Shown here: in pieces, positions 25,301 through 38,500 of the stretch
Layout: each line of letters starts with the position of its first letter
Position numbering within the stretch: position 1 is the first letter of the stretch
From: Azolla caroliniana
Lineage: Eukaryota > Plantae > Polypodiophyta
Length of the DNA: 64,000 bases
Direction of reading: 5' to 3'
Assembly (NCBI GenBank): GCA_043228905.1
Contig: JBHGNT010000005.1
Span: 16,926,001-16,990,000, forward strand
The notes under the pieces: model-generated
The model's input: only the letters and a program-made list of their open reading frames with translations
The model's database searches: none
What the model was told of the DNA's origin: nothing
Position numbers and translations under genes: made by a program

Positions 25301-27855
25301 TAGGCAGTTGTAAGTTGGCGCTTAATTCCATGCTCTTTGCAATACTCACAGAATTCTATTGATAAGAATTCTCCACCTCGATCAGAGCGTAGCTCCTTCA
25401 CTAACTTTCCAGACTCTCGCTCGACAAACTTATGCCATCTTTTGAAGATTTTAAAAGCTTCAGCCTTCTCCCGAAGGAAGTAAACCCACATCTTTCTGCT
25501 GAAGTCGTCGACTATTAGCATATAGTAGAGAGATCCACCCATTGCAGGAGTCACCATTTTTCTAGAGAGGTCAATGTGTATTAGCTGTAGAGGAGTCTTT
25601 GCCCGATTTTGACTCTCTTTTGGAATGGCTGATCTTTGATGCTTGCCCATCATACAAGCATCACAAACATGACTTAAGTCAGATAGGGTTGGCAACCCAA
25701 CTACCATATTCGACTTCTTCATCTCCTTCAACACAGCAACGTTGAGATGCCCAAATCTCTCATGCCATTGCTTTGTGTTGGTACTTGTGCTGTGGTCAGT
25801 AGAAATGGTAAACGCGCTCAGCTCATAGAGATTGTTGCGCCTCACCCCTATTCCTACAACCTTGCCAGCAGAATCTGTTATTTCTGCACCCGACTTCTTG
25901 AATCGAACATCAAGACCCTTGTCAGTCAGTGCAGAAATGGACAGTAGATTCTTCTTCAGATCTGGCACGTACAACACTTGAGAGAGATGCTTTGTCCCAC
26001 CGGTCGTTGCTTTGAGGGAGACGGTTCCGGTTCCTTTGGCCGGACATCGAGCATTGTTCCCGACCACAACATTGATGGGCTCTTGTAGAGGTGTCCAAGA
26101 ACTGTACCAGTCACGATTACTGGTCATATGTCGGGATGCTCCACTATCGAGAATCCAAGACTCATCAACAACTTGAGTGTCAACTGAAGAACACACTTCT
26201 TCAGTTGCGACCCATAACTCAAGTTCATCTACGACATTGTTAGCGGACTCGGGCTCTCTCCAAGAAGTCTTATTAGAACTATTCTTCTCATCCGCCATCT
26301 TCTTTCGACAATCCTTGATTGTGTGACCCTTCTTGTCACAGTAGAAACACGATCCATTGAACTTCTTCTTCTTCGGTATCCTATTCGCATTGTTTGAATT
26401 GGATGCCCCTTCACCCTTAGTCCTAGAGACAAATGCTGAATCTTCCCTTTCTTCTCTTGTCTTCAGCCGAAGCTCCTCTTCAAGCAGCATTGCACTTAGT
26501 TCATCAAATTTTAAAGGAGTGGGTCGAACCTGAGTGTTCAATGCTGTCACAATGCCATCATACTTGAAAGGAAGTACTCGAATGCACCGACGAGCCATAT
26601 CCTCTTGAGAGACGACTACTCCAACAGCCGCCAGCTGATCTTGAAGATCCTTAATCCTTTTTACAAAGGATTCTACTTTCTCTCCATCAGCGAGCTTCTC
26701 TGCAGCAAGCTGATTTTCGAGGTTTTGTATCCTTGTATAGTTTCTGGTCTCATACTGGCTGGCCAATATGCTCCAAGCTTCATGTGCCCTAGTTGTATGT
26801 TGCACTAGTGTTAGTACGGAGTCACATACACCAGTGACTATGGTACATAGCGCATCAGCATTCCTTCTCTTCCAGGCTCGAAGTAGATCAGCATTTGGAG
26901 GAATTGATGTGGTAGAGTGTGCAGGGTCAAAGGTTGCCATGGGCTCAGGGTCTCCCCCTGTGGGTCCCATGATTGTTTCCAACAACTCGTAGGAATCCAA
27001 AATGGCAGACATTTTGAACTTCCATAGAGTGTAGTTGGTTCCATCTAGCTTTCCATCAGACAATGGAGGTGGGCGAATGCGCAATGGAGCAGCTGCAACA
27101 TTCGTGGACAAGGCCATTGATACTCTGTCTCTCTGTCTCTCTCTCTCTCTATTTCTCTCTGTTGCTAGACAGCAACTACCCGTATATACCTAATCTAGAT
27201 CAACCTCTTCGCTCTGATACCATATTAGAAATATTGAGAATCGAGTAGATAGGTATATAGAGTTACAACTGCAGAGATGGATATATGAAAACAGAATTTC
27301 TATTACATATGAGAGTAGTTCAAAATGGTAGTTTTCCCATGCGCTCACACCTTAGAGCTTAGATAGGATATGGACCGGCTCACTACAAAATTAGTGGGGA
27401 CTCATGATCAATCTGACCACTGTGTGAGAAAAGTGACTTATAATCTATGTTTGGTCTTAGTATAAATGTGCAAGTCAGTTGACAGTAGTGGAGATATTCC
27501 TTTTCTGTCAACTGACTTGTCATTTAATATGACCCAACTCCCTAGGTACAGGCTAGTGCTAGATAATACTTATCTTGAAGTCAATGACGCATACTTCAAG
27601 ACTAAGTACATCGTAACTTGCCCACAAAATATTCTAGCTGACTTGATTAGCCAATCCTTTTATCTATTTCTCTCTTTCCTAAATATATTGTGTCCTACGC
27701 ATCTACGGTTTCCTAGATTAACACCTTATCGACCCATATGGTCGAGTTGCACACTAGCCGCTCCTCATTTGGGGCGCTATCACAAAATGTGCACTCTAAG
27801 AGCACATATGGGGATAGATTTACAACTTGGGGCTGATCATTGATTATATCTAACA
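22396..27855 (-). mobile_element. Very young Ty1/copia element B. LTRs 22396-23028 and 27223-27855 (633 bp), TSD TCGTT
   Basis: No mismatch was seen between the LTRs by eye. iMet PBS at 27211-27222, PPT at 23029-23039, TSD at 22391-22395 and 27856-27860. Termini are TG..TA. Confidence 0.97.
23095..27117 (-). CDS. Copia B gag-pol polyprotein, 1340 aa
   Basis: Single ORF with [30 protein letters not shown] and RNaseH motifs DSDWAGD/ADIFTK. The stop at 23095 is probably a late CAA>TAA change. Confidence 0.95.
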   Translation of the reverse strand: MALSTNVAAAPLRIRPPPLSDGKLDGTNYTLWKFKMSAILDSYELLETIMGPTGGDPEPMATFDPAHSTTSIPPNADLLRAWKRRNADALCTIVTGVCDSVLTLVQHTTRAHEAWSILASQYETRNYTRIQNLENQLAAEKLADGEKVESFVKRIKDLQDQLAAVGVVVSQEDMARRCIRVLPFKYDGIVTALNTQVRPTPLKFDELSAMLLEEELRLKTREEREDSAFVSRTKGEGASNSNNANRIPKKKKFNGSCFYCDKKGHTIKDCRKKMADEKNSSNKTSWREPESANNVVDELELWVATEEVCSSVDTQVVDESWILDSGASRHMTSNRDWYSSWTPLQEPINVVVGNNARCPAKGTGTVSLKATTGGTKHLSQVLYVPDLKKNLLSISALTDKGLDVRFKKSGAEITDSAGKVVGIGVRRNNLYELSAFTISTDHSTSTNTKQWHERFGHLNVAVLKEMKKSNMVVGLPTLSDLSHVCDACMMGKHQRSAIPKESQNRAKTPLQLIHIDLSRKMVTPAMGGSLYYMLIVDDFSRKMWVYFLREKAEAFKIFKRWHKFVERESGKLVKELRSDRGGEFLSIEFCEYCKEHGIKRQLTTAYTPQQNGVVERRNRTVVEMARCMLKAQALPDPFWAEAVNTAVYILNRSYTKALQGKTPQEAYSGKKPSVLHFRTFGCMCYAHIPDVSRKKLDAKSKKCIFLGYSEESKAYRLYDPEARKILTSRDVVFDEEQPQLAENNDSQVISSTEEVFYPIPTHYPKKEAEPSDGNGSLVQPMPVPHVKKIPKWAQQLFNDHTPKVEFPETSTDGLRRSRRIQEQGRTSDHIVNMALMVDIIGSVSEPTSVEEAMADPKWKEAMISEYDSIMKNDTWELVERPTKKKVIGTKWVWKVKYKADGSLEKFKARLVAQGYSQIEGFDVQETFAPTARMTTIRMVIALAASRGWPIYQMDVKSAFLNGHLKEEVYVTQPPGFEIPNSENKVCKLKKALYGLKQAPRAWNKRIDSFLRSIDFKQCASDASMYVKMKDGKQVIIIIYVDDLVLTGDHEECIGQTQECLKTEFEMTDLGILHYFLGIEVWQTSVGIFMSQRKYATEILKTFGMMDSKSKSTPMESNCKLSQEDSSPMVDIRKYRQLVGSLIFLCNTRPDICFAVNVVSRFSNKPKETHWKAALRVLKYIVGTLNYGIFYKPTIDQLSGYCDSDWAGDSDSRKSVSGYCFSIGSGAVSWSSKKQPTVALSSTEAEYKAACIAACEVVWLRRILMDVAVPIRTATVLRCDNQSCMAIAKNPVFHARTKHIEIQYHYVRELINDEIVELEYCPTSENAADIFTKALGAEQLQ

Positions 27856-30800
27856 TCGTTGACACAAATCACATTCTCGACAATAGTTCACAACATCTTT
27901 CAAAGTTGTCGGATACCATAATCCATAGTTCCAGACCTTCCAAGCAGTTGTGTCGCCTGCATAATGTCCTCTAGCCAAATGCAATGAGCCTCATGCAAAA
28001 GTACTTCCTTCTCAAATTACCGAACCACGCGTCGCCACATGCCATCGACTCCTTTATGATACAACGTTTCCTTAAGTAAATAGAAATTCCGACTCCAAAC
28101 TGCTAATCATTTGTGCTTGTCTGGTGCCATGCCCTCCGGTGGCAATCCTGTACTAAGAAATACTACCATCTCTGTAATCCATTCGGCTACCTCCTCATCG
28201 ACTTCTGTTGAATTCTCAGCTTTAATTCGGGACAATTGTGCATCTGGAAAATCATCCTGAACTCCCGTACCTGGCTCTCCCATCTCCAGTTGACTTAAGT
28301 AGTTGGCTACTGCGTGTTGCAGTCCTGGACGATGGATAATGTCGAATTCAAATTCTTGTAACAAACGTGTACATCTTGCTAGCTTGCCGGTTAAGGATTG
28401 TTTCAACACTAAGTATAGTAAGGTAGAATGATCGACATGGAAAGTAAATTTTTGACCCAGTGGGTAATGTTGGAAATTGTTCACACAATATATCATGCCA
28501 AGAGCCTCTCTTTCGGTTGTCAAATAGTTCCGTGTAGTAGTCGACAATTTCCGACTCGCATAATACACTAGTCTATACTAGTTAGGCTCCGATAATTGCA
28601 TTATGGCACTTCCAATAGCCACATATGAGGCATCACCAAAAACATGAAATTCCTTTGCCCAATCGAATGGTTGCATGACTGGTACCTTGGTCAACATTTT
28701 CTTCAGAAAATCGTAAGCGTCTTGTTCGGCTGTCAACCACTGGAATGGTGTTTTATGAACTGTTGCATGAAGAGGTGTTATGACATTGGCCAAATACTGA
28801 ATCATCCGACTATGCCATCAAATTTGGCCCAAGAATCGACTCAAGGCCTTCGCGTTTGTCGGTGGTGGTGCTTCCATTATCATTTTGACTTTATCCAGGT
28901 TGACGGCAATTTCGTCTCGACTAACAATGTACCCCAACAACGTTCCACTTGTCACCCCGAATGCGCATTTTGCTGGATTTAAGCTTAACCTTCCTTGTTG
29001 ACACCTCTCTAGATAGAGTTAGAGATGTTCTAAATGATCAGTTCTATGATGGTATACTGCAAAGTCATCCAGAAATACTTGCATAAATGCCAGTATATAA
29101 TCAAATTTTTTTATTATTATCACCCTCTAAAATGTAGTAGGAGCCGTTTTAAGCTTGAACGTCATAACGACCGCTACAAATACACCCCATTCGATGACAA
29201 AAGAAGTATTCTCCTGGTGGTTGGGATGCATCCATCATCGTGGCAACATTCAGCTTTCGATAGTCGACACACACTCCAATCTTCCAATTCTTTTTGGGCA
29301 CCATGACTATCAGACTCACCCAAGTAGCCTTTTTGATTAATTGAATAAAACTGAATCACAATAGTTTGTCGATTTACTCTTTTACCTTTACTGCATAATT
29401 CAGGTTTAGGCGATACCGTTGTTGCTGTACCGGCTACGCATCTTTGTGTAGATTAATCTGATGTTGGCAGAATGCCGGATCTAGGCCCTTCATATCTTCG
29501 AATGACCACACAAACACACCTTTGTATTGTCGCAGTAGTTCGACCAGTCTTGATCTGTCGACCGACTGCATCTCTTTCGCTATGAGCACTGTTTTCGGCT
29601 CTTTCTCATTGTCGGCGAGATTTAATTCTTCTAGTGCCGAAGCCTGTACGCATTGCGATACTTTCTTTCTCCATTGTTTCTTGCTGCTGTCATAACTCCC
29701 TAAGAGTTTTATCATCGACCTGCACATAATCCTCCTTCTCGTCATCTCCAAGATATGACGTGAGTACTTTAATGACATTGATTTCGAATAATGGAATAAT
29801 CTTGGGATTGTCTTCAAAATACCGATGTTCTTCTCCATCATCTAGCCCCTCCATCATATTGACAACTTCAGCATATAACGACACACATTGCCGTGATGTC
29901 GCCACCATTTCTTGAGTTGACACTCGAATCTTGGTCATGCCTTTTCGGAACGTCAGAATATTCTTCTGCCAATTCTGTTTGATATTGGCAGTTCTAAGCA
30001 ATGATCGGCCCAATAGCAAAGGATAAACTTCGGGTGTATCTAAATGAAGTACGACCGCCAATATCTGAAATGTGTGGCTACCAATCACAATATCAAGTTG
30101 TCGGATGAGCCCTAGTGCTTGGACCATGTTGGTATCAACCATTCGTAACCAAAAAGGACATGCTTCCCATGTGGTGATGCCCAACCGATCACATGTAGTC
30201 TTTTTAATTACATTCACTCTTGATCCGCCATCGACTATGCTACCGACACTTCTTGGCCGTGAATGATGACCTTAATTATCGGACTTTGCTTGTCCATTAG
30301 TGTCGGTCCTTTGATTAGATTGACAAAATTTACCGACACTTTTTCCTAGTATACTTTCTTGGCGATAATGGTGGCGACCTTTTCTGTAAATTGAGGTACC
30401 AATTTTAGTAATCCTGTGAGTGGTAATGGTATTTGGCAGTCTGCCAAGATTTTCTATGCTTCATCTTCCTCGAGTGTATCAGTCGGTACCCCCTGTTGTC
30501 AACTTCCCAACCGATCGGTCATGATATTTGGAATATTACTTTCTTGCAGCATTCGAGTAACATTATTGTTATTCGCTTCCTCAACCCATTCCTTCGCTGC
30601 TTTCCACACTACTTCCTATATATCCCACTCTGATTGTTTAGCTTTATTACGAGTGGTGACTTGTTGAACTTCGGTAGTGATCATATTTACTACCGGTGCT
30701 TTCCCTTTTATCTTTTGTTGGGCATTGATTGGCGCAGTGACCATCCTTCTTGCAAATATAGCAATTCGGCACGGTCAACCCACTAGATTCGCCATTTTGA

Positions 30801-33097
30801 TACTGGGCTTGCCTAACAACTTGCGACTTTGGCTCTTCTTGACCCTTGGCATTATACTAAAATTGCCATGATCCTTTTGTTCTTCTATTATCATCTCGCC
30901 TGTCATTTTGGAACCGACGATTCGGTGGTCGATTATCTTCATTCCTCCTCTAGTCATAGGAGCTTCTCTCATCATGATATCTACTACCCCTGTAAGGTTG
31001 TCGAGTATTTCTATCTTGTTGTGGTGAATATTCCCGGTCTAACTGTTGAATAAACTATCTCGTCCATAGTCATCTTGTCAGTCATCTTCCTGTCGATAGT
31101 CATTGTATCGATCGTCTCGTCGATAATCATCTCTCCAATTATCATCTCGCCGATTATGTTCCAATTGATAACGATCATTGTATTGTGGTTGACCGTCGTC
31201 CTGAAAACAGATTGACCAGTTCTGATCCTCATGACGATCGTCTCGGGACTGTATCTGTCTGATTGGTGTTGCAACTTTAATGAGCAGATTGTATTCGCAT
31301 TGGTCAATCGTATGCGCCTCGGAATGACAAATTAGACAATGAGTGCGTAAAGTGCATTTAACTGTAGAATGGCCTGGATTCAGACAAGTCATACATTGGA
31401 TTGCTTGTTGGAACTGTATTTCTTCCGACATCGGTAAAGATCGTTGTAAGGACGCCATGGACAGACTATTATTGGTTAGTGTCTTGTCCATGACCAATGC
31501 TTTGTCGATCACTTGTTCTAGTGTTTGATCCTTAAAGTCGAACACAACTAGCATTGTTCGAAGTGGTTTCCATAGTGCTGACAAGAATGTTTCTTTCGGG
31601 TCCTATTCTGGAGGAGGTCGCGCTAACTGCCTTCAAAGATTTTGAAACCGAATAATGAATTGTGTGGCATAGTTTCATGGGTTTCTTGATACACCACATA
31701 AAATTGACTCATTAGTTCCCTCTTTGGAACTTGTCAATGAAATAGCCTGATGAATTTAGTAGTTAATTGCTTGAAAGACTCAAACTCACCCGCCTCATGC
31801 TCGGAGTACCAATTCGCCGACTACCTGTCGCGCGATAATCCAAATTCTGCAATTTTAGATTTGTCATCATCTGCTTCCGACAATCTTTGTGAAACATGGT
31901 TCGCCTACCATATCATAAGAAAAGCGCGCACATGCGCTTCTACTTCGGCTTCATCACTATACTTAGGATTGCGATACGGTATTGTATCCTCCTCACAAAA
32001 TTCAACTAAATACCTTTGGTCGGATTGCTCTTCGTCCGAACTACTGTCAATAATTAAATCCGGAAGTGCTCTCAATCTCCTTCAGCTTCTTGTTGGATTT
32101 GTTCGGTAAACTCTGAATTGTTGGAATTTCCCTCTGCACGGTGGCTCTCCGATCTCATGCGAGGTCTTCAACTTTCTGCAAGCTGGTCTGTGCTAAGGCG
32201 ACTAGACGACATCCATTCTCCTTGTTCTTCATGTATAGGTGATGTAACCGGGCATGCCAAAATATTGTGTTGATTTGCCGACAACCGACTGTTGTAGCCG
32301 ACAGACACAATAGGTCGAACATTCGACTCTAAACGTTCGGTCAATAAGATTGTGGTGGAGATATGGGTTGATCAATACTAGTGCTATACTCAGAGATAGG
32401 TGTACATAGATAAGTTAATCATATGCTCCTGATCGACTGTTAGATGTAATATAACTTATGCATCAGAGACCGTAATCCAACAAATGAAACATAGACAGTT
32501 AGAAAAATACGACAAAGTGTAGTCAACATAGTAGATACTCTAACTACTAAAACTTATATTAATCAAAATAGACCGATACAATTGCAGTGTTCTCGGTCCA
32601 TTTTTATTGGTGACATGAGAGTCTCTCTCCAAGATTACACGTGCCTTGTTCGGCAATAACCTACAGTTATAACAAAACCCGTTCTATTTCCTAAATTACT
32701 ATATTTTTATACTCGGCTAAAATTATATTTTGAAATCTGTCCTTTCATATTGTTCAGCCTCGACTCTGACTCCGACTCCAACTTGTCGACCTTTGTCCCT
32801 CAGGTAGCCGACCGGTTATCACAAAAGATATACTTGGAAACCTTAGGGCAAGGGAAAACGACGGGGCAACAAATCTTCACTATATAACAGAGATGCAACA
32901 GGAAAACCAGATTACAAGACTCTGCTAAAACAGAGTATCACCACTTAGGATTTTGTGAAAGTATCACTCACTTTCTCACTCTCTCTTGTCTCTTCCTACT
33001 CACTGTTACTCTCTTTCAACACTCAATTATATTTCAATAGTTCTACAACTTCACCTCTAGAGCACACAGATGCTACAACATTCTTCTCTCTCTATAC

Positions 33098-33720
33098 TGT
33101 TGAGAAATGAATCGTCAGTACACAGGAAAAAGGAATATGCTGAAATACACAACTTTGAAACACAGAAAACAGTGTACACAGATTTAACATGGAAAACCCT
33201 AAAGCGGGAGAAAACCACGGAGAACGGAGCTTCACTATACAGTGGATATACAACAATGAGATCAAAGTACAACACTCTCTACATAGAGTGTAAACAACCT
33301 CATAGGGCTCTTGGCGTATGTTGTTTCTGTAACACACCTATGGCGCCTCTCACTCACTCACGCTCCCACACACTCTCTTCACTATAGTGTTACACTACCA
33401 GAGGCTCACCCATACGCACATATACTTACATATATGTTTTGTTTGCCCTAGTTGTATTTATACTAATACATAGAATGGGCTATTTACAATCATGGCCATT
33501 ATTATTGTCCAATAATAATAATAACAATCTTACTAATCAACCAACTCATTCGTCGATTGTCAGGTCGGTTCGACTAGTCGGCCTGGTCATCGACCATCTA
33601 GTTGGCCCAACTAGCCAGTCCTGTCTTCGATCTCGATCAACTCTCTTTGAGTCAACTCTTCGATTATCGTCTCTCATCCAATCAGTCGGCTCCTCCCATT
33701 GGAGGGACATATTCCTAACA
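33098..33720 (-). mobile_element. Copia-type solo LTR (623 bp), TSD TATAC, nested in a related LTR
   Basis: TGTT..AACA termini with TATAC at 33093-33097 and 33721-33725. It carries a ggaaaaccc..aaaaccacgg motif that is similar to one in the host LTR. Confidence 0.9.
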
Positions 33721-35570
33721 TATACTACATAAAGTTTGCCCAAGCTTCACATGTTTATAGAGGGAATAAGTTATTATTGTACAATAATAGTAGTAGTTAA
33801 TCAGCTAACTGGTTGACTCGACTGTTCGACCCACAAGTCGGTTGTTGAGTCGATTCAACTAGCCGACTCCTGTCAAATATCTAGTCGGCCCGGATGGATT
33901 GACTTGAGTCTACATCCCCCGACATGTCTGAGTCGGTAAAACCTTCGAGCATAGGTTTTCCAAAACCATACCTAAGGCACACCCTTGAGGTGCCTTTCAA
34001 GTACCCGAGTATCCATTTTACAACTGCCCAGTTTTCTCTTCCTGGATTACTCATATATAGGCTTACTGTTCCAATTGCAAATGCTATGTCTGGTCTCGTA
34101 TAGACCATAACATACATCAAACTTGTAGCCACGGATGAAGTGCCCTTTTCTTCAGAAATCTTTCTAGGTTTGACATCATTCGAAGCACCTTTGTCTTTCT
34201 TAAGATGTCAACAGTCCTTCTGGAAGTGTCCAGGTTTTTCCACAAACGAAACATGTGAGCTTTCCTCTTGACTTGGATTTGGCATGAGACTTGTCTTTCT
34301 TTTGAGGACTTCTCCGCTTTCTTCTTCCTCTGCCTGTATGTTGTGCTACATTTGCCTTTGACTGAGACAAGACACCTTTGTCCTTCCTTCTTGTCTCCTC
34401 ATTTAGGATACCTGTCTTTACCACTTATAAGGATAGGTTTTCTTCTTGGCACGAGGCACTGAGAGACACCACGAGGTTCTTCCTGCTATCCGGGAGGGTA
34501 CATAGCAACAAGAGAGCCTGAAGAGCATCGTCTAGAGGAAACTTGTGTTGGCTTTGAGTATGATCCAAAGGGTTAAGGTGTACAAGGACGAGTCGGAGGA
34601 TAATATTAGAATTAAAAGCATAATGATTAGTTAGGAAATATTATAGCAATGAATGGATCCGGATAGTTTTATCAATCCGGATTTGCACCGATTAATAGTG
34701 CCCGTAGCTAGTAAGGCACCATTTTGTATTTCTTATCGGATGCATGTAAAAGGGTTCAGAATAGATGTAATATGAGATTAATATGGTTTAACGGAAGTAA
34801 TATGAGATTAATGTTCTGTTTTAATTTTGTTGTGTCTCTGTGTCCTAGCCGTTCTGTGCTTCAATTATTAATCTTACGCGTGTTGTAACTAATCTACTAT
34901 CTTAACAATCTAGAAGTAACCGAAATTAGTTGCATCGGAATCGGATAGCCAGGGAGCAAGAATTGATGACGGAGCAAGTGCAGCAGCTCGCTGTACTTGC
35001 ATCACACGGAACCTGCCAACAATGGTTGGAGTAGCTCGAAAAGCAGGTTTCCGACGTGAGTGACGGGATGGAAGAGCAACAACGGCTAGAGCGGAAGCAA
35101 ATAGAACGGTTGGTGGCAACAACCGAAGGATTGGATAAGGCCTAGAAGCGAATCCAGAGTCTAGAGGAGGATCTGGCAAGGGCCCAAGAGTTCACGGTGC
35201 TCATGTCAAATATGGGTCAAAGCACAAGCTCCAAAACAGAGCTAGTAGAACCGGATAATCTACGGAAGAAAGCTCCGGAAAAGGAACCAGAACTGGTGGC
35301 TAGCAACACCCCAGAAACATAATGTGAGCGGGAGAAAGAACTGCAAACATTAAAGGAGGAGTTGGCCGCTCAAGAAGCACTAAGAGATAGCAAGAGAGAT
35401 CATAGGAAGACAACCGAGGAAGAGAAACAAAGAACCGAGGAAAGTCTCCGGAAGAGTCAAGCAAAAACAACGACCGCCTGAAGGAAGAAAGAGAGAACTT
35501 GCTGCAAGAGAAGGATAAGCTGCGGAGAATGGTGGAGATAGAAATAGAAAGGCTAAAGGAAGAAATCCGG

Positions 35571-38500
35571 TGTCGTGAAGATTAGTCACTAGGCACAGAT
35601 CGTGACGCGGAACCACCGGGGTTCTGGACCGGAAGGATTCGAAGTTTACGCTAGTTTTAGCGAGAAAGTATTTAATATAGATTGAGAGAGATTGATATGG
35701 CAAGAGAGAGATACTGAAATAAAGATTTAACTCTTGATTTTAGATTTGAGAGAAAAGATACATCAATAATAGGGTTACCAATCTCTTATTTGATCATTCA
35801 AAAATTTTACATTAGTCTTTTCATCTTTTTCCTCCCCTCTTTTATAGATGCCCTCATGCATTTAAGGGTACAAGACATGCATAAAATGCATGTTTGCCAT
35901 TTGGCGCTCATGTATTACATGTGGTGCATGATAACCATGTCACTCATTTTAGCTCTCATGTATGAGAATTTACATGTAAAGTTACAATGATAAAAATATA
36001 ATTCCTAGAGAATGTGTTGGCTTATTGGTAAGCCTATTGACTCTCAACTTGGAGGTGCAAGGTTCAAATCTTTACTTTCCCGTCCTTCTTTTTGGGTCGC
36101 CAAAGGAATCCTCCCTTCAAGAAGTATCGATAAGCTTTCTTCTGGATTCGTAGAGCCTCCTCCTTTGTCAACGAAGCATCCGTCGTCATTGTTCTTAAGA
36201 ATCTGCCGATCACTAACCACTCTCCTTCGTACTCGTCCTCGTTGAAGGCGTGGAGGGTTAGCGTGTCGTTGTCTTCCGACGATAATCGAGCCATCTTGAA
36301 GAAGTCGAGGGTGACGTCTTCATCTTCCGAAACCATGTCACTTTCACTTTCAAATCTTGCCCTTGACAACATATCAGCCATGGCGTTCTTCTTGCCTGCA
36401 ATGTGGCGGATCACTGGGCTTAAAGACTTGATATAGGCGATCTACCTTAGCATAGCTAAATCTGGGGTCGCACATCCTGATATCATTTCGAGGATTGGGA
36501 GACAATCTATCTCTATTATCACTTCCGACCCGATTAGGTAATCTTTGTTCATCTTCACTGCCGACACAATACCCCAAAGTTCCCGCTTGACTTGGGCATA
36601 TCTTTGTTTCCGTTCGCTGAGAAATTTTGCTCCGAATTGGATGGCATACCGCGCATTATCTTCTCCTTCTTGATTGATGACCCACCCGATTCCGGTTGGG
36701 GTCATATCTACAGTGACATAAATCGGCTTTCCTTCGGTATAGTCGGCATTTCTTAGTGTTGGAGCTTCAAGAAGTAGTTTATTCAATCTACGCATTGTGT
36801 TTGTGTGCTCGTCATGCAATTCGAACTTCACTCTTTTCTTTAACAATCCATATAATGGCTTGGCGACATGAGTGTAGTGCGGAATCCATATATGGTAAAA
36901 TGCACATGCTCCAAGGAACCTTCGAAACCTCCGTTTGGTTTACGCATTCTTCTTTCATGTCCTGGATCGCGTTCACCTTTGATGGCGAAGGCTTCCGGCC
37001 GTATGCTCCACATAAGTGACCTACCACCAAGATCTCTGGTTGCCTGAATGCGGATTTATCTCCCAAAAATGTCAAATTCGCGTCTTCGAGCTTTGGAGCA
37101 CCTTCTCACAATCTTTCATATGATCCGTGACGAACTTTCTACACCCTTCCTTATCTTTTGATTCATTCTTCTCTTCATCTAAACATCCTTTTATTGGAAT
37201 ATCATCCAAGAATGGCATCGTGATGTCCGGGATGCAATCCTTCAAGACCTTGTTCATGGCATTCACCATATGAGCGACCGAGTTTGTTGCACCTTGAGGT
37301 AAGGTACACATTCGCACGAGCCCGATCGGAGTCCTCACGGTTGTAATGTCACGATTGTCGATCGCCAATTGGAATTGGTCATATCCAGAGTAGAGATCAC
37401 CAATGGAGTAGATGGACCGGCCCACAAACGCCTCGGCAAATTCGTCCACGCTCGGCCCGATTCCAGCATTTCAAAATGTCACCTTGTTGACGGGTTGAAG
37501 ATCTTGGATGAATCGCAATGATCCATTCTTCTTCGCCACCGTGAACTACCTATTAGAGTAAGGAGCATTCAACGGTTCTAGAATACCCATATTCACTTTC
37601 TCCTTTAAGAGTTCGATCAACTTCGGAAGGTGCGCTCTTGGAACTGGTATCGGTTTCAGATTCCAAGGCACATGTAGCACCGTGAAGATCACCATCAACT
37701 CTATAATATTTGGATCAGCACATCCGATTTCTTGTGGGAAAAATGCGAAAGCCTTCCTATGTCTCTCAAGCATGTCACGAAACATTCGCTCTTCTTCAGG
37801 GAGGAGGAAATCCTCCCTTCCAACTCGTAGCTTTCCCTTCATCTCTTCAGTGAAGACATGACCTATTGCCATCGGATCCCTTAAGGTTGGATCATTCGCG
37901 ACTTCCTTCATCTTTTGCCAGCTATCTTCCGGTAGGGGAACCGCAACTGGCTTGATCTTTTTATCCACCGTTTTATATTTTGTGTTGACTTCAGCTTCCT
38001 CCATGAAGATGCCACGATAGTAGTCATCGATGATAGCATACATGTTGACAGAGTTAACCAAAATCACGCGCTGGTCGTGAAGATAACTCAAGTCCACGTC
38101 GTCCTCGATTTCGCCGATGGTGTCTCATCTTTTCGAATTCTTGTATCCGATGCTTGTCCTTCTTGTCGGGTAGTACTAGTTTACATGTGCCACTAGGTGT
38201 GACACATGTTGCTTCTCCTCGCAATCCACACGCTCTTCTTTCTTGTGGGGACTTGTGATCGCTCGGACTATTTGTGCCCCATGCTTCAATAGTCCGCTCT
38301 AAAATCCGAGGATTCGCCTCCAAGACTATGTCGATTTCTTTCATGATTAGCTCGCACCGTTAGGAATTGAACAGATCTTTGGTTGTCAATACTCTTTATT
38401 CGAGAAAATTCCGCACCATTGTCGAACACTTTGGTTTCCATCCGAGATGATGTGATATACGGTTGTCCTAGGATGACAGGATGCGACGCCGATTCTTGCA

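Larger units (their letters stand above)
13334..32821 (-). mobile_element. Degenerate non-chromovirus Ty3 element (Phygy/Tat-like). 5' LTR ~32266-32821; gag from 32212; PR-RT-RH-INT ~30270-20879; extra ORF 20433-19341; inverted partial LTR at 13334-13452 plus 19196-19340
   Basis: Frameshifted pol motifs (YPLLLGRS, KGLDPAFCQHQI, YYASRKL..TEREALG, WCRFGCPIELLSDQ, NGFRLKPY). PBS TGGCATGCCCGGT at 32259-32247. Flanking CAAAA at 13329-13333 and 32822-32826. Confidence 0.85.
13264..34550 (-). mobile_element. Old, internally deleted Ty1/copia (Tork/Tnt1-like) element, the host of the left nest. LTR pieces 13264-13333, 32827-33097 and 33726-~33885; RT/RNaseH 33881-34132; gag 34200-34550
   Basis: Protein motifs TRPDIAFAIG and GFTDSDMSGDVDS, a zinc knuckle CFVCGK, and a gag-like DDALQALLLL. 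The rejoined LTR aligns with the solo LTR at 33098. Confidence 0.65.

Noticed and set aside
33550-33870. DRE/CRT (RCCGAC) stress-element cluster in copia LTRs
   Set aside because: A few matches exist within GTCGA/GTCGG-rich repeats, but the motif is short and common in this TE DNA.
34908-34925. Self-priming site for element E
   Set aside because: Complementarity to the LTR is only partial and interrupted (atcta..aacc), which is not convincing.
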